A DNA stretch of 61,894 nt, filler included, from Dimorphilus gyrociliatus (GCA_904063045.1; 5 parts of 5 records of this genome joined end to end with filler, not necessarily neighbours in it), one strand, 5' to 3'; counted from the first letter of the whole stretch, positions 23,701-38,656 are shown. The notes: generated by a model from the letters alone, not told the origin. Numbers and translations: made by a program.

Positions 23701-26700
23701 CTTACCCATAATAAGATAGTACAACCAAACCCAATTATACTGAACCAATAGCTGTTGTATAAGAGAACAAACATTCATAGTTGTTCACCTAAAGTGGGTG
23801 AAGTTTAGTGAAAAAGGAAGAATTGAGTTTCAGAAAGGATTCATTAAAATACGACAGGTTTACCCTAAACAGACTTAATTGAATTTTATACTAAAATTCA
23901 ACTGATTTCCAATCAAAATGCACATTTTAATTTATTATTTCTTGACTAAACATCAAAAAAAGCAACAGCAATAGGTTATACCAAGGCAAATAAATGTGAA
24001 CAAAAATATATGTCCAGTTAAATTTTTCTACAAATATTTATTTGCCTTATTTTAATAGTTTTGGAACTGGTAATGAATTGGATCATTTTGAAATAACAAC
24101 TTCCTCTAACAATGGCCATGTGAAAATAAAAAGTACTATTGATCCTGATGGTGGAAGTCCACCTTCTTTCTATACATTGCAGGTAGGGGACAGAAGATGA
24201 TATTTTCTATTTGCTAAAATCTCATACATACAAAATGTACATTTTATTATAAGGTTAAAGTGACTGATGGGTCATCTACACCAGCAGCACTCACTTCTAC
24301 AGCCACCATTCAGATTTCAATATTGGATATAAATGATAATAATCCATCATTCTCTCCAGCTCCAGCACCATACAATGTATTAAAAATCCTATTACAATTA
24401 TTGCTTTGCAAATTTTCTAATCAAATATTCTAAATAGTTGCCAGAAAATACTCCAGCAGGAACAACAATAATAACCCTTGTGGCCACTGATGATGACTTT
24501 AATAGTGAACTAACATTTTCAGAAGGAAGTATGTCATTTCTTATTTTATTGTAATTTGATTTGAAAATAAGAAATTTGTATTTATTCTTTTCAGCTGGTG
24601 ATACAAATGATAACTTTGCCATTCAAAGTGATGGAAAGATTGTTCTCCTCAAACAAATTGACTATGATACAATGGGAGTTAGCAAAATAATTAACCTCCA
24701 AGCAATTGTTAGTGATGGCTCAAATACAGCAACTGCTACTGCTCAGATTACAGTTACTGATGTGTCTGATTTAACACCAAGCTGCAACCAGCTGCTGTAT
24801 CCGCAAACATCAGTGAGACAGCATCTGTCAATGATGCAGTTGTTCAATTGTCCTGCTCTGATGATGGCAGTTTAACATATTCTATTGCTAGTGGAAATAC
24901 AAACACAGCATTCAAGTTTGTAAGTAATGAAATTCAAGTAAATGATATTGGAGCTGGTTCTACAGGTAATTTTCAATTATATTCTCAAATATAAAAACAA
25001 GGCTAATCAATGGGAAAATTTTCAGCCTTAGACTATGATGCTGGAGTGAAAGTGTACAATTTGATTGTTGATGTTCTGATGGAACTAATACAATCAATGT
25101 ACCAGTAACAATATCAATAAATCCAGTTGATGAAGGAGCACCAACTTTCACTAATACAGCAGTGAATGTCAATGAAAATGAGGTGGTTGGCTTTAGTGTT
25201 GCAACTTTTGCAGCATCTGATGTTGATGCAAGTCCACACAATGTTCAAAAGTACTCAATTACCTCAGGTTTTTGTTCAATTTTTTTTATCTCATATATAT
25301 TACTGATGTATATAAATAGTAATAAGTAACTGATATATCTATCATGACTTTATTTTATTTAAAATTCTATTCCAACAGGAAATAGCGAAGGAAAGTTTGT
25401 TATAAATCCATCTACTGGAGAAGTGTCTTTAAAAGACACTTTAGATTATGAGACAACCACCACATATGCTTTGACTATACAAGCAGATGATGGCACTGCA
25501 ACTGGAAGTGGTATCTTGACAGTCAATGTTCAAGATATAAATGATAACACTCCTAGCTGTCCAAAATCTTTATACATTCCTACTGCAGTAAATGAAATGA
25601 AGCAAGTGACACTTTGGTTTTGAATTTAACAGAATGTAGTGATCCTGATACTTCATCAAATTTTGGATCAATTACTATGTCTATAACTGGAGATAATGGT
25701 CGATTTGCTGTATCCAACATGTTAATTAAAACTACTTCAACACCACTTGATTATGAAAGTGCAACAACTTATACTTTGATTATAACATTGACCGATAATG
25801 GAGGTGTCAGTCCATCAAATACTGGAACTGTTACAGCTATAGTCAATGTAATTAGAAATAATGCAATATGTTCTTTTGGAAATGTATTTATTTTTTCTAA
25901 ATTTCTTTTAAGGTTGCCCCAATGAATGATAATACTCCTGCATGGAGCTCAACCCTACTGGATCAACTATTTCAGAGAGTACAACAATTGGAACAACATT
26001 GTTAACATTGGCTGCCACTGATGCTGATCAGGGGTCCATTGGTGATAGCTCAATTACATATTCAATTGTCAGTGCTGAGGATCAAGGTAAGATTAGTCAT
26101 CTATGAGTTTTTTTTTTAATTTCATCTATTTAAATTTAACAGCTGCAGTATCAACAATGAATCTATTCAAAGTTGGGCCATCATCTGGACATCTACAACT
26201 TGTAGCCTCATTGGATAGAGATGCAGGGGTAACAGAACACCGGCTTGTTGTAAAAGCAGCAGATTCTGGTGCATCAGTCCTGAGTGTGACTGCATCCTTG
26301 ACACTTACAATATCAGATTATAATGAATTCACACCAACATTTGATCATTTATTATACAATACAACAGTTGCAGAAAGTGCAGCTGTTGGAACAACTGTTT
26401 TGTCATTAACTGCTTCAGATTTGGATGCAACTTCTACTTTTGCTTTCAGGTGAGAATATTTTGTTTATCATTTGTAAGAGTTTAAGGAATATATATTTCA
26501 CAACTATTTATTGTCTTAATGACAAAAGCCAGCTTTTCCTTTTAAAAAAATGCTTATTAATCATTTTTTGTAAATATTTCTCTATATTGCAGCTATTCAA
26601 ATAGTTGTAAACTTTTTTTATACCCTAAATAATAAGATTTTCTCTCTATTTATATTGTAATATTTGCATGTCTTTAAAGATTTTCTTTTCACTTCATCAT

Positions 26701-29700
26701 TAATGATGAAATGACAAATTGTTTTTTACATCCAAAATAGAAAGAATATTTCACTGTTTTAAAGATTTTCAAGCAAAAACTTCTAATTTATCAAAGCTTA
26801 TCTTACCATAATAAGATAGTACAACCAAACCAATTATACTGAACCAATAGCTGTTGTATAAGAGAACAACATTCATAGTTGTTCACTAAAGTGGGTGAAG
26901 TTTAGTGAAAAAGGAAGAATGAGTTTCAGAAAGGATTCATTAAATACGACAGGTTTACCTAAACAGACTTAATTGAATTTATACTAAAATTCAACTGATT
27001 TCCAATCAAAATGCACATTTTAATTTATTATTTCTTGACTAAACATCAAAAAAAGCAACAGCATAGGTTATACCAAGGCAAATAAATGTGAACAAAATAT
27101 ATTCCAGTTAATTTTTCTACAAATATTTATTTGCCTTATTTAATAGTTTTGGAACTGGTATGGAATTGGATCATTTTGAAATAACAACTTCTCTAACAAT
27201 GCCATGTGAAATAAAAATACTATTGATCCTGATGGTGGAAGTCCACCTTCTTTCTATACATTGCAGTAGGGGGACAGAAGATGATATTTCTATTTGCTAA
27301 AATCTCATACATACAAATGTACATTTTTATTTATAAGGTTAAAGTGACTGATGGTCATCTACACCAGCAGCACTCACTTCTACAGCCACATTCAGATTTC
27401 AATATTGGATATAAATGATAATAATCCATCATTCTCTCCAGCTCCAGCACCATACAATGTATTAAAATCCTATTACAATTATTGCTTTGCAAATTTTCTA
27501 ATCAATATTCTAAATAGTTGCCAGAAAATACTCCAGCAGAACAACAATAATAACCTGTGGCACTGATGATGACTTTAATAGTGAACTAACATTTTCAGAA
27601 GGAAGTATGTCATTTCTTATTTTATTGTAATTTGATTTGAAAATAAGAAATTTGTATTTATTCTTTTCAGCTGGTGATACAATATAACTTTGCCATTCAA
27701 AGTGATGGAAAGATTGTTCTCCTCAACAAATTGACTATGATACAATGGGAGTTAGCAAAATAATTAACCTCCAAGCAATTGTTAGTGATGGCTCAAATAC
27801 AGCAACTGCTACTGCTCAGATTACAGTTACTGATGTGTCTGATTTAACACCCAAGCTGCAACCCAGCTGCTGTATCCGCAAACATCAGTGAGACAGCATC
27901 TGTCAATGATGCAGTTGTCAATTGTCCTGCTCTGATGATGGCAGTTTAACATATTCTATTGCTAGTGGAAATACAAACACAGCATTCAAGTTTGTAAGTA
28001 ATGAAATTCAAGTAAATGATATTGGAGCTGGTTCTCAGGTAATTTTCATATTATTCTCAAATTAAAAACAAGGCTAATCAATGGGAAAATTTCAGCCTTA
28101 GACTATGATGCTGGAGTGAAAGTGTACAATTTGATTGTTGATGTTTCTGATGGACTAATACAATCAATGTACCAGTAACAATATCAATAAATCCAGTTGA
28201 TGAAGGAGCACCAACTTTCACTAATACAGCAGTGAATGTCAATGAAAATGAGGTGGTTGGCTTTAGTGTTGCAACTTTTGCCAGCATCTGATGTTGATGC
28301 AAGTCCACACAATGTTCAAAAGTACTCAATACCTCAGGTTTTTGTTCAATTTTTTTTTATCTCATATATATTACTGATGTATATAAATAGTAATAAGTAA
28401 CTGATATATCTATATGACTTTATTTTATTTAAAATTCTATTCCAACAGGAAATAGCGAAGGAAAGTTTGTTATAAATCCATCTACTGGAGAAGTGTCTTT
28501 AAAAGACACTTTAGATTTATGAGACAACCACCACATATGCTTGACTATACAAGCAGATGATGGCACTGGCAACTGGAAGTGGTATCTTGACAGTCATGTT
28601 CAAGATATAATGATAACACTCCTAGCTGTCCAAAATCTTTATACATTCCTACTGCAGTAAATGAAAATGAAGCAAGTGACCTTTGGTTTTGAATTTAACA
28701 GAATGTAGTGATCCTGATACTTCATCAATTTTGGATCAATTACTATGTCTATAACTGGAGATAATGGTCGATTTGCTGTATCCAACATGTTAATTAAAAC
28801 TACTTCAACACCACTTGATTATGAAAGTGCAACAACTTATACTTTGATTATAACATTGACCGATATGGAGGTGTCAGTCCATCAAATACTGGAACTGTTA
28901 CAGCTATAGTCAATGTAATTAGAATAATGCAATATGTTCTTTGGAAATGTATTTATTTTTTTCTAAATTTCTTTTAAGTTGCCCCAATGAATGATAATAC
29001 TCCTGCATGGAGCTCAACCCTACTGGATCAACTATTTCAGAGAGTACAACAATTGGAACAACATTGTTAACATTGGCTGCCACTGATGCTGATCAGGTCA
29101 TTGGTGATAGCTCAATTACATATTCAATTGTCAGTGCTGAGGATCAAGGTAAGATTAGTCATCTATGAGTTTTTTTTTTTAATTTCATCTATTTAAATTT
29201 AACAGCTGCAGTATCAACAATGAATCTATTCAAAGTTGGCCATCATCTGGACATCTACAACTTGTAGCCTCATTGGATAGAGATGCAGGGGTAACAGAAC
29301 ACCGGCTTGTTGTAAAAGCAGCAGATTCTGGTGCATCAGTCTGAGTGTGACTGCATCCTTGACACTTACAATATCAGATTATAATGAATTCACACCAACA
29401 TTTGATCATTATTATACAATACAACAGTTGCAGAAAGTGCAGCTGTTGGAACAACTGTTTTGTCATTAACTGCTTCAGATTTGGATGCAACTTCTACTTT
29501 TGCTTTCAGGTGAGAATATTTTGTTTATCATTTGTAAGAGTTTAAGGAATATATATTTCACAACTATTTATTGTCTTAATGACAAAAGCCAGCTTTTCCT
29601 TTTAAAAAATGCTTATTAATCATTTTTTGTAAATATTTCTCTATATTGCAGCTATTCAAATAGTTGTAACTTTTTTTATACCCTAAATAATAAGATTTTC

Positions 29701-32700
29701 TCTCTATTTATATTGTAATATTTGCATGTCTTTAAAGATTTTCTTTTCACTTCATCAATTAATGATGAAATGACAACAATTGTTTTTTACATCCAAAATA
29801 GAAGAATATTTCACTGTTTTAAAGATTTTCAAGCAAACTTCTAATTTATCAAGCTTACTTACCATAATAAGATAGTCAACCAACCCAATTATACTGAACC
29901 AATAGCTGTGTATAAGAGAAAACATCATAGTTGTTCACCTAAAGTGGGTGAAGTTTAGTGAAAAGGAAGAATTGAGTTTCAGAAAGATTCATTAAAATAC
30001 GACAGGTTACCCTAAACAGACTTAATTGAATTTTATACTAAAATTCAACTGATTTCCAATCAAAATGCACATTTTAATTTATTATTTCTTGACTAAACAT
30101 CAAAAAAAAGCAACAGCAATAGGTTATACCAAGGCAAATAAATGTGAAAAAAATATATGTCCAGTTAAATTTTTCTACAAATATTTATTTGCTTATTTTA
30201 ATAGTTTTGGAACTGGTAATGAATTGGATCATTTTGAAATAACAACTTCCTCTAACAATGGCCATGTGAAAATAAAAAGTACTATTGATCCTGATGGTGG
30301 AAGTCACCTTCTTCTATACATTGCAGGTAGGGGGACGAGATGATATTTTCTATTGCTAAAATCTCATACATACAAAATGTACATTTTTATTTATAAAGGT
30401 TAAAGGACTGATGGGTATCTACACCAGCAGCACTCACTTCTACAGCCACCATTCAGATTCAATATTGGATATAAATGATAATAATCCATCATTCTCTCCA
30501 GCTCCAGCACCATACAATGTATTAAAATCCTATTACAATTATTGCTTTGCAAATTTTCTAATCAAATATTCTAAATAGTTGCCAGAAAATACTCCAGCAG
30601 GAACAACAATAATAACCCTTGTGGCCACTGATGATGACTTTAATAGTGAACTAACATTTCAGAAGGAAGTATGTCATTTCTTATTTTATTGTAATTTGAT
30701 TTGAAAATAAGAAATTTGTATTTATTCTTTTCAGCTGGTGATACAAATGATAACTTTGCCATTCAAAGTGATGGAAAGATTGTTCTCCTCAAACAAATTG
30801 ACTATGATACAATGGGAGTTAGCAAAATAATTAACCTCCAAGCATTGTTAGTGATGGCTCAAATACAGCAATGCTACTGCTCAGATTACAGTTACTGATG
30901 TGTCTGATTTAACACCAAGCTGCAACCCAGCTGCTGTATCCGAAACATCAGTGAGACAGCATCTGTCAATGATGCAGTTGTTCAATTGTCCTGCTCTGAT
31001 GATGGCAGTTTAACATATTCTATTGCTAGTGGAAATACAAACACAGCATTCAAGTTTGTAAGTAATGAAATTCAAGTAAATGATATTGGAGCTGGTTCTA
31101 CAGGTAATTTTCAATTATATTCTCAAATATAAAAACAAGGCTAATCAATGGGAAAATTTTCAGCCTTAGACTATGATGCTGGAGTGAAAGTGTACAATTT
31201 GATTGTTGATGTTTCTGATGGAACTAATACAATCAATGTACAGTAACAATATCAATAAATCCAGTTGATGAAGGAGCACCAACTTTCACTAATACAGCAG
31301 TGAATGTCAATGAAAATGAGGTGGTTGGCTTTAGTGTTGCAACTTTTGCAGCATCTGATGTTGATGCAAGTCACACAATGTTCAAAAGTACTCAATTACC
31401 TCAGGTTTTTGTTCAATTTTTTTTATCTCATATATATTACTGATGTATATAAATAGTAATAAGTAACTGATATATCTATCATGACTTTATTTTATTTAAA
31501 ATTCTATTCCAACAGGAAATAGCGAAGGAAAGTTTGTTATAAACTCTACTGGAGAAGTGTCTTTAAAAGACACTTTAGATTATGAGACAAACCACATATG
31601 CTTTGACTATACAAGCAGATGATGGCATGCAACTGGAAGTGGTATCTTGACAGTCAATGTTCAAGATATAAATGATAAACTCCTAGCTGTCCAAAATCTT
31701 TATACATTCCTACTGCAGTAAATGAAAATGAAGCAAGTGACACTTTGGTTTTGAATTTAACAGAATGTAGTGATCCTGATACTTCATCAAATTTTGGATC
31801 AATTACTATGTCTATAACTGGAGATAATGGTCGATTTGCTGTATCCAACATGTTAATTAAAACTACTTCAACACCACTTGATTATGAAAGTGCAACAACT
31901 TATACTTTGATTATAACATTGACCGATAATGGAGGTGTCAGTCCATCAAATACTGGAACTGTTACAGCTATAGTCAATGTAATTAGAAATAATGCAATAT
32001 GTTCTTTTGGAAATGTATTTATTTTTTTCTAAATTTCTTTTAAGGTTGCCCAATGAATGATAATACTCCTGCATGGAGCTCAACCCTACTGGATCAACTA
32101 TTTCAGAGAGTACAACAATTGGAACAACATTGTTAACATTGGCTGCCATGATGCTGATCAGGGGTCCATTGGTGATAGCTCAATTACATATTCAATTGTC
32201 AGTGCTGAGGATCAAGGTAAGATTAGTCATCTATGAGTTTTTTTTTTTAATTTCATCTATTTAAATTTAACAGCTGCAGTATCAACAATGAATCTATTCA
32301 AAGTTGGGCCATCATCTGGACATCTACAACTTGTAGCCTCATTGGATAGAGATGCAGGGGTAACAGAACACCGGCTTGTTGTAAAGCAGCAGATTCTGGT
32401 GCATCAGTCCTGAGTGTGACTGCATCCTTGACACTTACAATATCAGATTATAATGAATTCACACCAACATTTGATCATTTATTATACAATACAGTTGCAG
32501 AAAGTGCAGCTGTTGGAACAACTGTTTTGTCATTAACTGCTTCAGATTTGGATGCAACTTCTACTTTTGCTTTCAGGTGAGAATATTTTGTTTATCATTT
32601 GTAAGAGTTTAAGGAATATATATTTCACAACTATTTATTGTCTTAATGACAAAAGCCAGCTTTTTCCTTTTAAAAAAATGCTTATTAATCATTTTTTGTA

Positions 32701-33311
32701 AATATTTCTCTATATTGCAGCTATTCAAATAGTTGTAAACTTTTTTTATACCTAAATAATAAGATTTTCTCTCTATTTATATTGTAAATATTTGCATGTC
32801 TTTAAAGATTTTCTTTTACTTCATCAATTAATGATGAAATGACAACAATTGTTTTTTACATCCAAAATAGAAAGAATATTTCACTGTTTTAAAGATTTTC
32901 AAGCAAAAACTTCTAATTTATCAAAGCTTATCTTACCCATAATAAGATAGTACAACCAAACCCAATTATACTGAACCAATAGCTGTTGTATAAGAGAACA
33001 AACATTCATAGTTGTTCACCTAAAGTGGGTGAAGTTTAGTGAAAAAGGAAGAATTGAGTTTCAGAAAGGATTCATTAAAATACGACAGGTTTACCCTAAA
33101 CAGACTTAATTGAATTTTATACTAAAATTCAACTGATTTCCAATCAAAATGCACATTTTAATTTATTATTTCTTGACTAACATCAAAAAAAGCAACAGCA
33201 ATAGGTTATACCAAGGCAAATAAATGTGAACAAAATATATGTCCAGTTAAATTTTTTACAAATATTTATTTGCCTTATTTTAATAGTTTTGGAACTGGTA
33301 ATGAATTGGAT
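17760..33311 (+). repeat. Tandem array of ~3.08-kb units (5 full copies plus a partial sixth)
   Basis: The marker ttatactaaaattcaactg recurs at ~17761, 20812, 23886, 26979, 30033 and 33117. The differences I could see between copies are almost all 1-few-nt indels. Confidence 0.97.
17933..33311 (+). CDS. Multi-exon cadherin-repeat (Fat/Dachsous-like) protein, six EC domains per tandem unit; partial at both ends
   Basis: Spliced consensus has the linkers DINDNNP, DVSDLTP, PVDEGAP, DINDNTP, PMNDNTP and DYNEFTP, plus LDYE/LDRD motifs. GT-AG introns. The last exon of a unit (...TTCAG|gtgag, 23346) joins the first exon of the next (aatag|TTTTGGA, 24059) in frame: FAF-S-FGTGN. Confidence 0.88.
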
Positions 33312-33411
33312 NNNNNNNNNNNNNNNNNNNNNNNNNNNNNNNNNNNNNNNNNNNNTTAATTAATTAANNNNNNNNNNNNNNNNNNNNNNNNNNNNNNNNN
33401 NNNNNNNNNNN
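33312..33411. other. Artificial contig spacer
   Basis: Same N/TTAATTAATTAA/N design. Confidence 0.98.
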
Positions 33412-34031
33412 ACAAAGGCAGAGAAGTCATTGCCTTGTGTGACACAGGAGCACTGAGATCCTTTATTACTGAAAAAGAAATCAAGTTAATGGACATTACG
33501 ATTCTGGATAAAGAAACAATTGGTTTACCAATCATAACTTCAGCTGATGGGAAAGCTTTAAAACAAAAAGGAAGCACAAAGCTGAATATTCAATTTGCTG
33601 GAGAAAGTATGGAACAAGAATTTATCATTATGGAAAATCTAGACATAGCAATAATACTTGGTTGTGATTTCCTACAAACTGTGGGAGCAAACCTCAATTT
33701 TGAAGCTAAACAGTGTTCTCTCAAATCTGATACAAGGAAAGGGAACCTGGCTGAAAGAATAAAGCAACCTCAACTAAACAAAATCACTATAGCAATGATG
33801 GGACAGCATGACTCTTCATCAGAAATCTCAGATAGTTATGATTCAGAGATGGAAGTTACTAATTCTGATACTGGTTATGACACAAGTGATACTTTTGAAA
33901 CAGAGTGTAATTATGGTCCTAATGAACTCTCAAGCCCAACTGAAAGTGATGACACAGTAATAAATAGTGAACTGGATCAAATAAACATTCAGAGGCAAAC
34001 ATTATTTCTGATATTAATGAAATTACCATAG
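33412..34031 (+). mobile_element. LTR retrotransposon (Ty3/Gypsy-like) aspartic protease fragment
   Basis: LCDTGALRSFI active-site motif and IILGCDFL motif; truncated. Confidence 0.75.
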
Positions 34032-34164
34032 GTAATGAAAATACTTGGATTTTGAATTCTACTTGGAAACCATTGAATTGGTCATTATTTGGATTATCAA
34101 TAAGGACTAATATGAAATTTTTTCAAAATACAGCTATGATTTTCCATCTTTTTCTTTTGTATAG

Positions 34165-36457
34165 AATTTAAAAAAGAATTAAATTATCTTAACCAGTTTC
34201 CATTAAAAAAAGATATAATAAACCATCCAAATGCATTCTATTGTTCAAAATCTGAAATATGTATAAATATTATTTATGTATCTGATGGATATAATGATTG
34301 CTTTTCAAATGAAGATGAACAACAACAAACTGATACAATCAACTTTTTTCAGTGTTTTACATCAAGAGAAAAAGTCTCTTTAGTAAAAGTTTGCAACTTC
34401 AAATTTGATTGTTATGACAGATCTGATGAATTGCAATGTGGTATTTAAAATAATCATAAATTTAGTATAGAAGGGGTAGTGATAGAACTAAGGGGCAAAA
34501 TTGGTGGTTTAATAGATATAAATATGATTATTGTTTTTCTTATTTGCCTTTACAGAATATACTAAATGCAGAAATGGACAAATGTAAAAAACAAAAAAAA
34601 CTTGTTAGGCTTACTGCCAACTAATATCTCTTCAACTCTTAGGTTATGCAATAATAAACAATGCATTCCTGCAATAATTTTTATTCAATTTCCAAAAATT
34701 TTACCAAATGTAAAAACAGGAAACTGTTTAAACTATATTTGATATCTTCACAAATTTTTACCAGTTTTTTGTTCAGCTTGCAATAAAAATACACAATTAG
34801 AATGTGATCGTTTTGTATTCCCAATTTCTTGATTAATGATGGAAAAAGAGATTGCGATGCTGAAGATGAGGATATACTGCATGTATCAGCAAGAAATTCA
34901 GATGAATACTTCTATGAAGTTAGCTCAAAGGGGATTTCAAAAACAAATTTGTTTAAAAGTACAATGAAATTCTTAACAAGAAAATGCAAAGTTGTTGAAT
35001 ATTTATGCCATACAAATAATTTTTGCATATCAATTGAACAAGTTTGTGATGGAATCCCTCACTGTTACTTGGGGGATGATGAAACTGATTGTGGTAAGAA
35101 ATGCAAAATAATTTAATAAAACCAGTCTATTTATTCATATATTATTAATAAGGTAACTTTATCCCAAAATTTTATTTCAAATGTTGGAATGAAACAATTT
35201 ATATAAAACTTGAAAACCTTTGTAATGGAGAAATCAACTGCTTAGGTGGAAGTGATGAGTTAAGTTGTCACTTGCCCAATTATATTAATGGAGATGTCAA
35301 TATGAATTGCAAACGAACTAGATATTTTCATTTAGAATGTAATTTTGTTAATCATCTAGAAATGGAAAACAATTTTTTACTTGAATATTTCACTGAAATA
35401 AAATTAAGTGGAAATATTCCAGTGATTTTTCACCAATTTTCAAATACTCTCCATTATTTACATATTGAAAATGGTTTAAATTTAAATTATCCAGTAACAA
35501 AGTTCTATCCAAATTTAGTATATTTATATATAAAAAATACTAAAGTAGAAATAAATAGAGTTTTTATATCAAGTTTATATTTATTGCAAAATTTAACAAT
35601 ATCAAAAACAGTAACAAATTCATTGTCATTTTTAATTCAATTAAAATCTATAAATTTGAAATATTTAGATTTTTCTTCAACAAAACTCAATAAGTTGTCA
35701 CAAAACATTTTTAAAAAATTCAAGCATTTAAAAATATTAAAACTTGATAACTGTCTTTTTAAATGTTTTTTTGCATATGGAGAACTTTATCATGATAATT
35801 AATAGTTTAAAAAACATTCAAACGATTTGTGTTGATTTTTATAAACATTGCCGTTATGTGTGGAAAAATTTGAGCAGTAATCTAATATGCAAATTTAGAT
35901 TTCAAATTTTAAAACATTGTAAAAATATTTTAAATTTTAAAATTATTATTATTGGGTTTTGGATTTTTGGCACTGTTGGTCTTTTATTTAGTATCATTTC
36001 TGCCTTTATCTTTTCAAAATCAGAAATGTCTTCTAAATATCATAATATCTTATTGAGCATTAGATCATTATCAATTTCTGTGTATATTTTCTCAATTTCT
36101 TCTGCCAATGTATATTTTGAGGGAATCTTCATAGAGTCAGAGCACAACTGGAAGAATAGAAAATTTTGCCATTGTCTTGGGATACTAGTGACATCATCCT
36201 TCTATATTTCATGCTTAACTGTACTATTCATAACAATAGACAGGTATGAAACTATTTCTAGTATTAATAAGGAAACATTTCTCAAAAAGAATATTAAAGT
36301 CGTTTTTGGTTTCATTTTCTGTTTTACCGCAATAATGTCAAGTTTTTCATACTTTATAGATATAGTATATACTGTTGAACGTACTTATTCATTCAATTAT
36401 CTATGGCTTTTTGCAGACAACTCAAAACACTACTCAGTGTTAATGATCTTTGTATAA
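34165..36457 (+). CDS. LDLa-LRR-7TM receptor (GRL101-like LGR), multi-exon, partial or frameshifted
   Basis: Several LDLa modules (CNFKFDCYDRSDE, DGKRDCDAEDE, CDGIPHCYLGDDETDC, CNGEINCLGGSDE), then LRRs, then TM segments ending in ITIDRY. Frame breaks are present. Confidence 0.75.
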
Positions 36458-36979
36458 AAACATCAATTACTGAAGGAAAGGATATCTATAATTTTGGTAT
36501 TATTCTTAAAAAAATTCTCCAAAAAAGAAACAGATTTTCTACTAAGAATTGCAATAAATAGCTTATCTTAATTAATGTTATTTTGCAGTTTTTGCTCTTG
36601 ATTTTGCTATTATTTCCCTTCTTTGTCCTGCACATAAAATATGATCAAATAGCAGAGAGATTGAAAAGTAGTCACCTTTACAATAGCAAATTAATGATAG
36701 AGACTGTCCTGAAAGTTGTCTTCATTTTTCTCTTTATAGTTCATTAGTATGATTTTTTATAATATAACAGATCGGTTCGTAAGTAGTTATCAGCCAGCTC
36801 TTCTCTACGCCAACGACAATACTTATAATATCTTGCTTATTGACCAACTTTCCAGTTTTCTCCAAATATCACATAGCTCTTTTCCACAGATTTCTCTACA
36901 CAATGTACATTAACCCAAGAATACAAACGAAGAAAACTCTATAAAAATTGGAAATATACTGAAAAGTCAATCTACAGAA

Positions 36980-38650
36980 ATTAGTCAACTACTCAAACAG
37001 TGCTGAAAATTGGAAGCATTTTTAAAATCTACAATGATGAATACATTAAAGGTATGCAAATCCTGTTTGATAAAGGTTACGCTTGCCCAGTGCCCCACCA
37101 CGAGGTTTTACCAGGTCCGTCATTGCTCTCAAACCAACTCCAACTGTTAACGCTAAGGAGACTACAACCTTTTTTTGTATTAGCCAACATTAAATCCATG
37201 TTTATGAATGTAAGAGTTCATAGACCACACCAATCCTATTTTGGCTTTCTATACGAGGACCCTACTCATAAAGGCAATATCCTCTTGGCGGTTATGGCCT
37301 GACGCATATTTGGCGCCTGAAGCTCACCCTTCGTGGCTTGTACCGCCCTACATTCAACTAAAACCCAAGCCACAACTTTAACCAAACAAGAGAAGGAACT
37401 GATCTTAAAGTCCTTCTACATGGATGATCTAGTAGGCGATAACGAGAAGGACCTGCAATATCTCACCAACCACCTACACAATGTGCTTGAAACTAAAGAT
37501 CTACCTCTTACCAAATACCAGTAGTCCCTGGATCAGTTCTAACTCTCCCTTACAAAATAAAATTTATATCTACACCTCTGAAGGTCCTAGGAATTACCTA
37601 CCAACCTAATTCCGATAATCTTCAAGTCGAACTCCCTCTAAGGGATACCTCTCGACAAATGACAAAATGAAATTTTTATTCATTCTTGGCACGTATGTAT
37701 GACGTACTGGGCTTTATTGAACCGAATAAACTCCATGTAAAGACCCTGATCCCCCTCTTTCACAGTTTACCATGGAATGAAGAAGTAAAGTAGTCTTAAG
37801 CTACGTTGAAAATGGAGACTCAAAATTATTGAAGAATATCAGATTTGTGGTCAAAAAATTATTAGCGACTGAAGAGAATGCTGAGTGGAGTTATATAAAA
37901 TCACCTGACAATCCCACGGACTACCTAACTTAAACTAGAAGAATAATGAAGGAGAATGGCCACTGTTCAAGATGATTCAAGTTGACACAAAACTAGTTAA
38001 TGCTACAGTAAACTTAACGGCAGCAGACATATTGGTCAATATTCCAGGATCCTGCGATTCACAAAGAACTGTTGCATTAAACTAGACGACAGATCAAAGA
38101 GTCGGAACATATCAACTGACGAATTAAACTCAGCTCAACGTTACCTATTTAAGGTAGTCCAAGGTTCTATGTTGATTCAGAAATTAACAAAAACATACTC
38201 ATTGATGAGAGATCACGATGGTACCTATATCACTTTGGGAATATAGATCTCTGGGAAGATCTGACAAGCTAATGGAGACATAGAAAACTATAGTGAATGC
38301 ATACCATCCCATCATCATAAAGCTTACAAACCACATCCATTACGAATGTAACAAATGGCGAATCTGCCAGTTTCCCAAACAGGAGAGTTCACCAGCCCAT
38401 TCCGAAATTAATCACCTGTCTCCATTCACGTGCCGTACAACTATTTACACAAACTTCCTTAACTTCAGAAGCATTGATGGTCGAAGTCCAACTATTTCTA
38501 AATAATAATGTCCCGAAACCATCATATCTGACTCAGCTCCGTCGTTCAAAAAATTATATCAAGCAATGAATCAATATTACCAAAAACAAGCCAAGGTGAA
38601 ATACCTATCTTGGAAGTTTACCTCTCCATATTCACCTCGCAAAATGGGAG
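36980..38650 (+). mobile_element. Degenerate BEL/Pao LTR retrotransposon pol
   Basis: RT motifs LANIKSMF, FGA*SSPF and FYMDDL; LARMYDVLG; SPDNPTD; integrase ISDSAPSF and WKFTSPYSP. Many stops. Confidence 0.75.
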
Positions 38651-38656
38651 TTATAG

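Noticed and set aside
18638-32264. Many short plus- and minus-strand ORFs in the cadherin array as separate genes
   Set aside because: They are exon read-throughs, indel-shifted fragments or antisense shadows of the same repeated cadherin exons.
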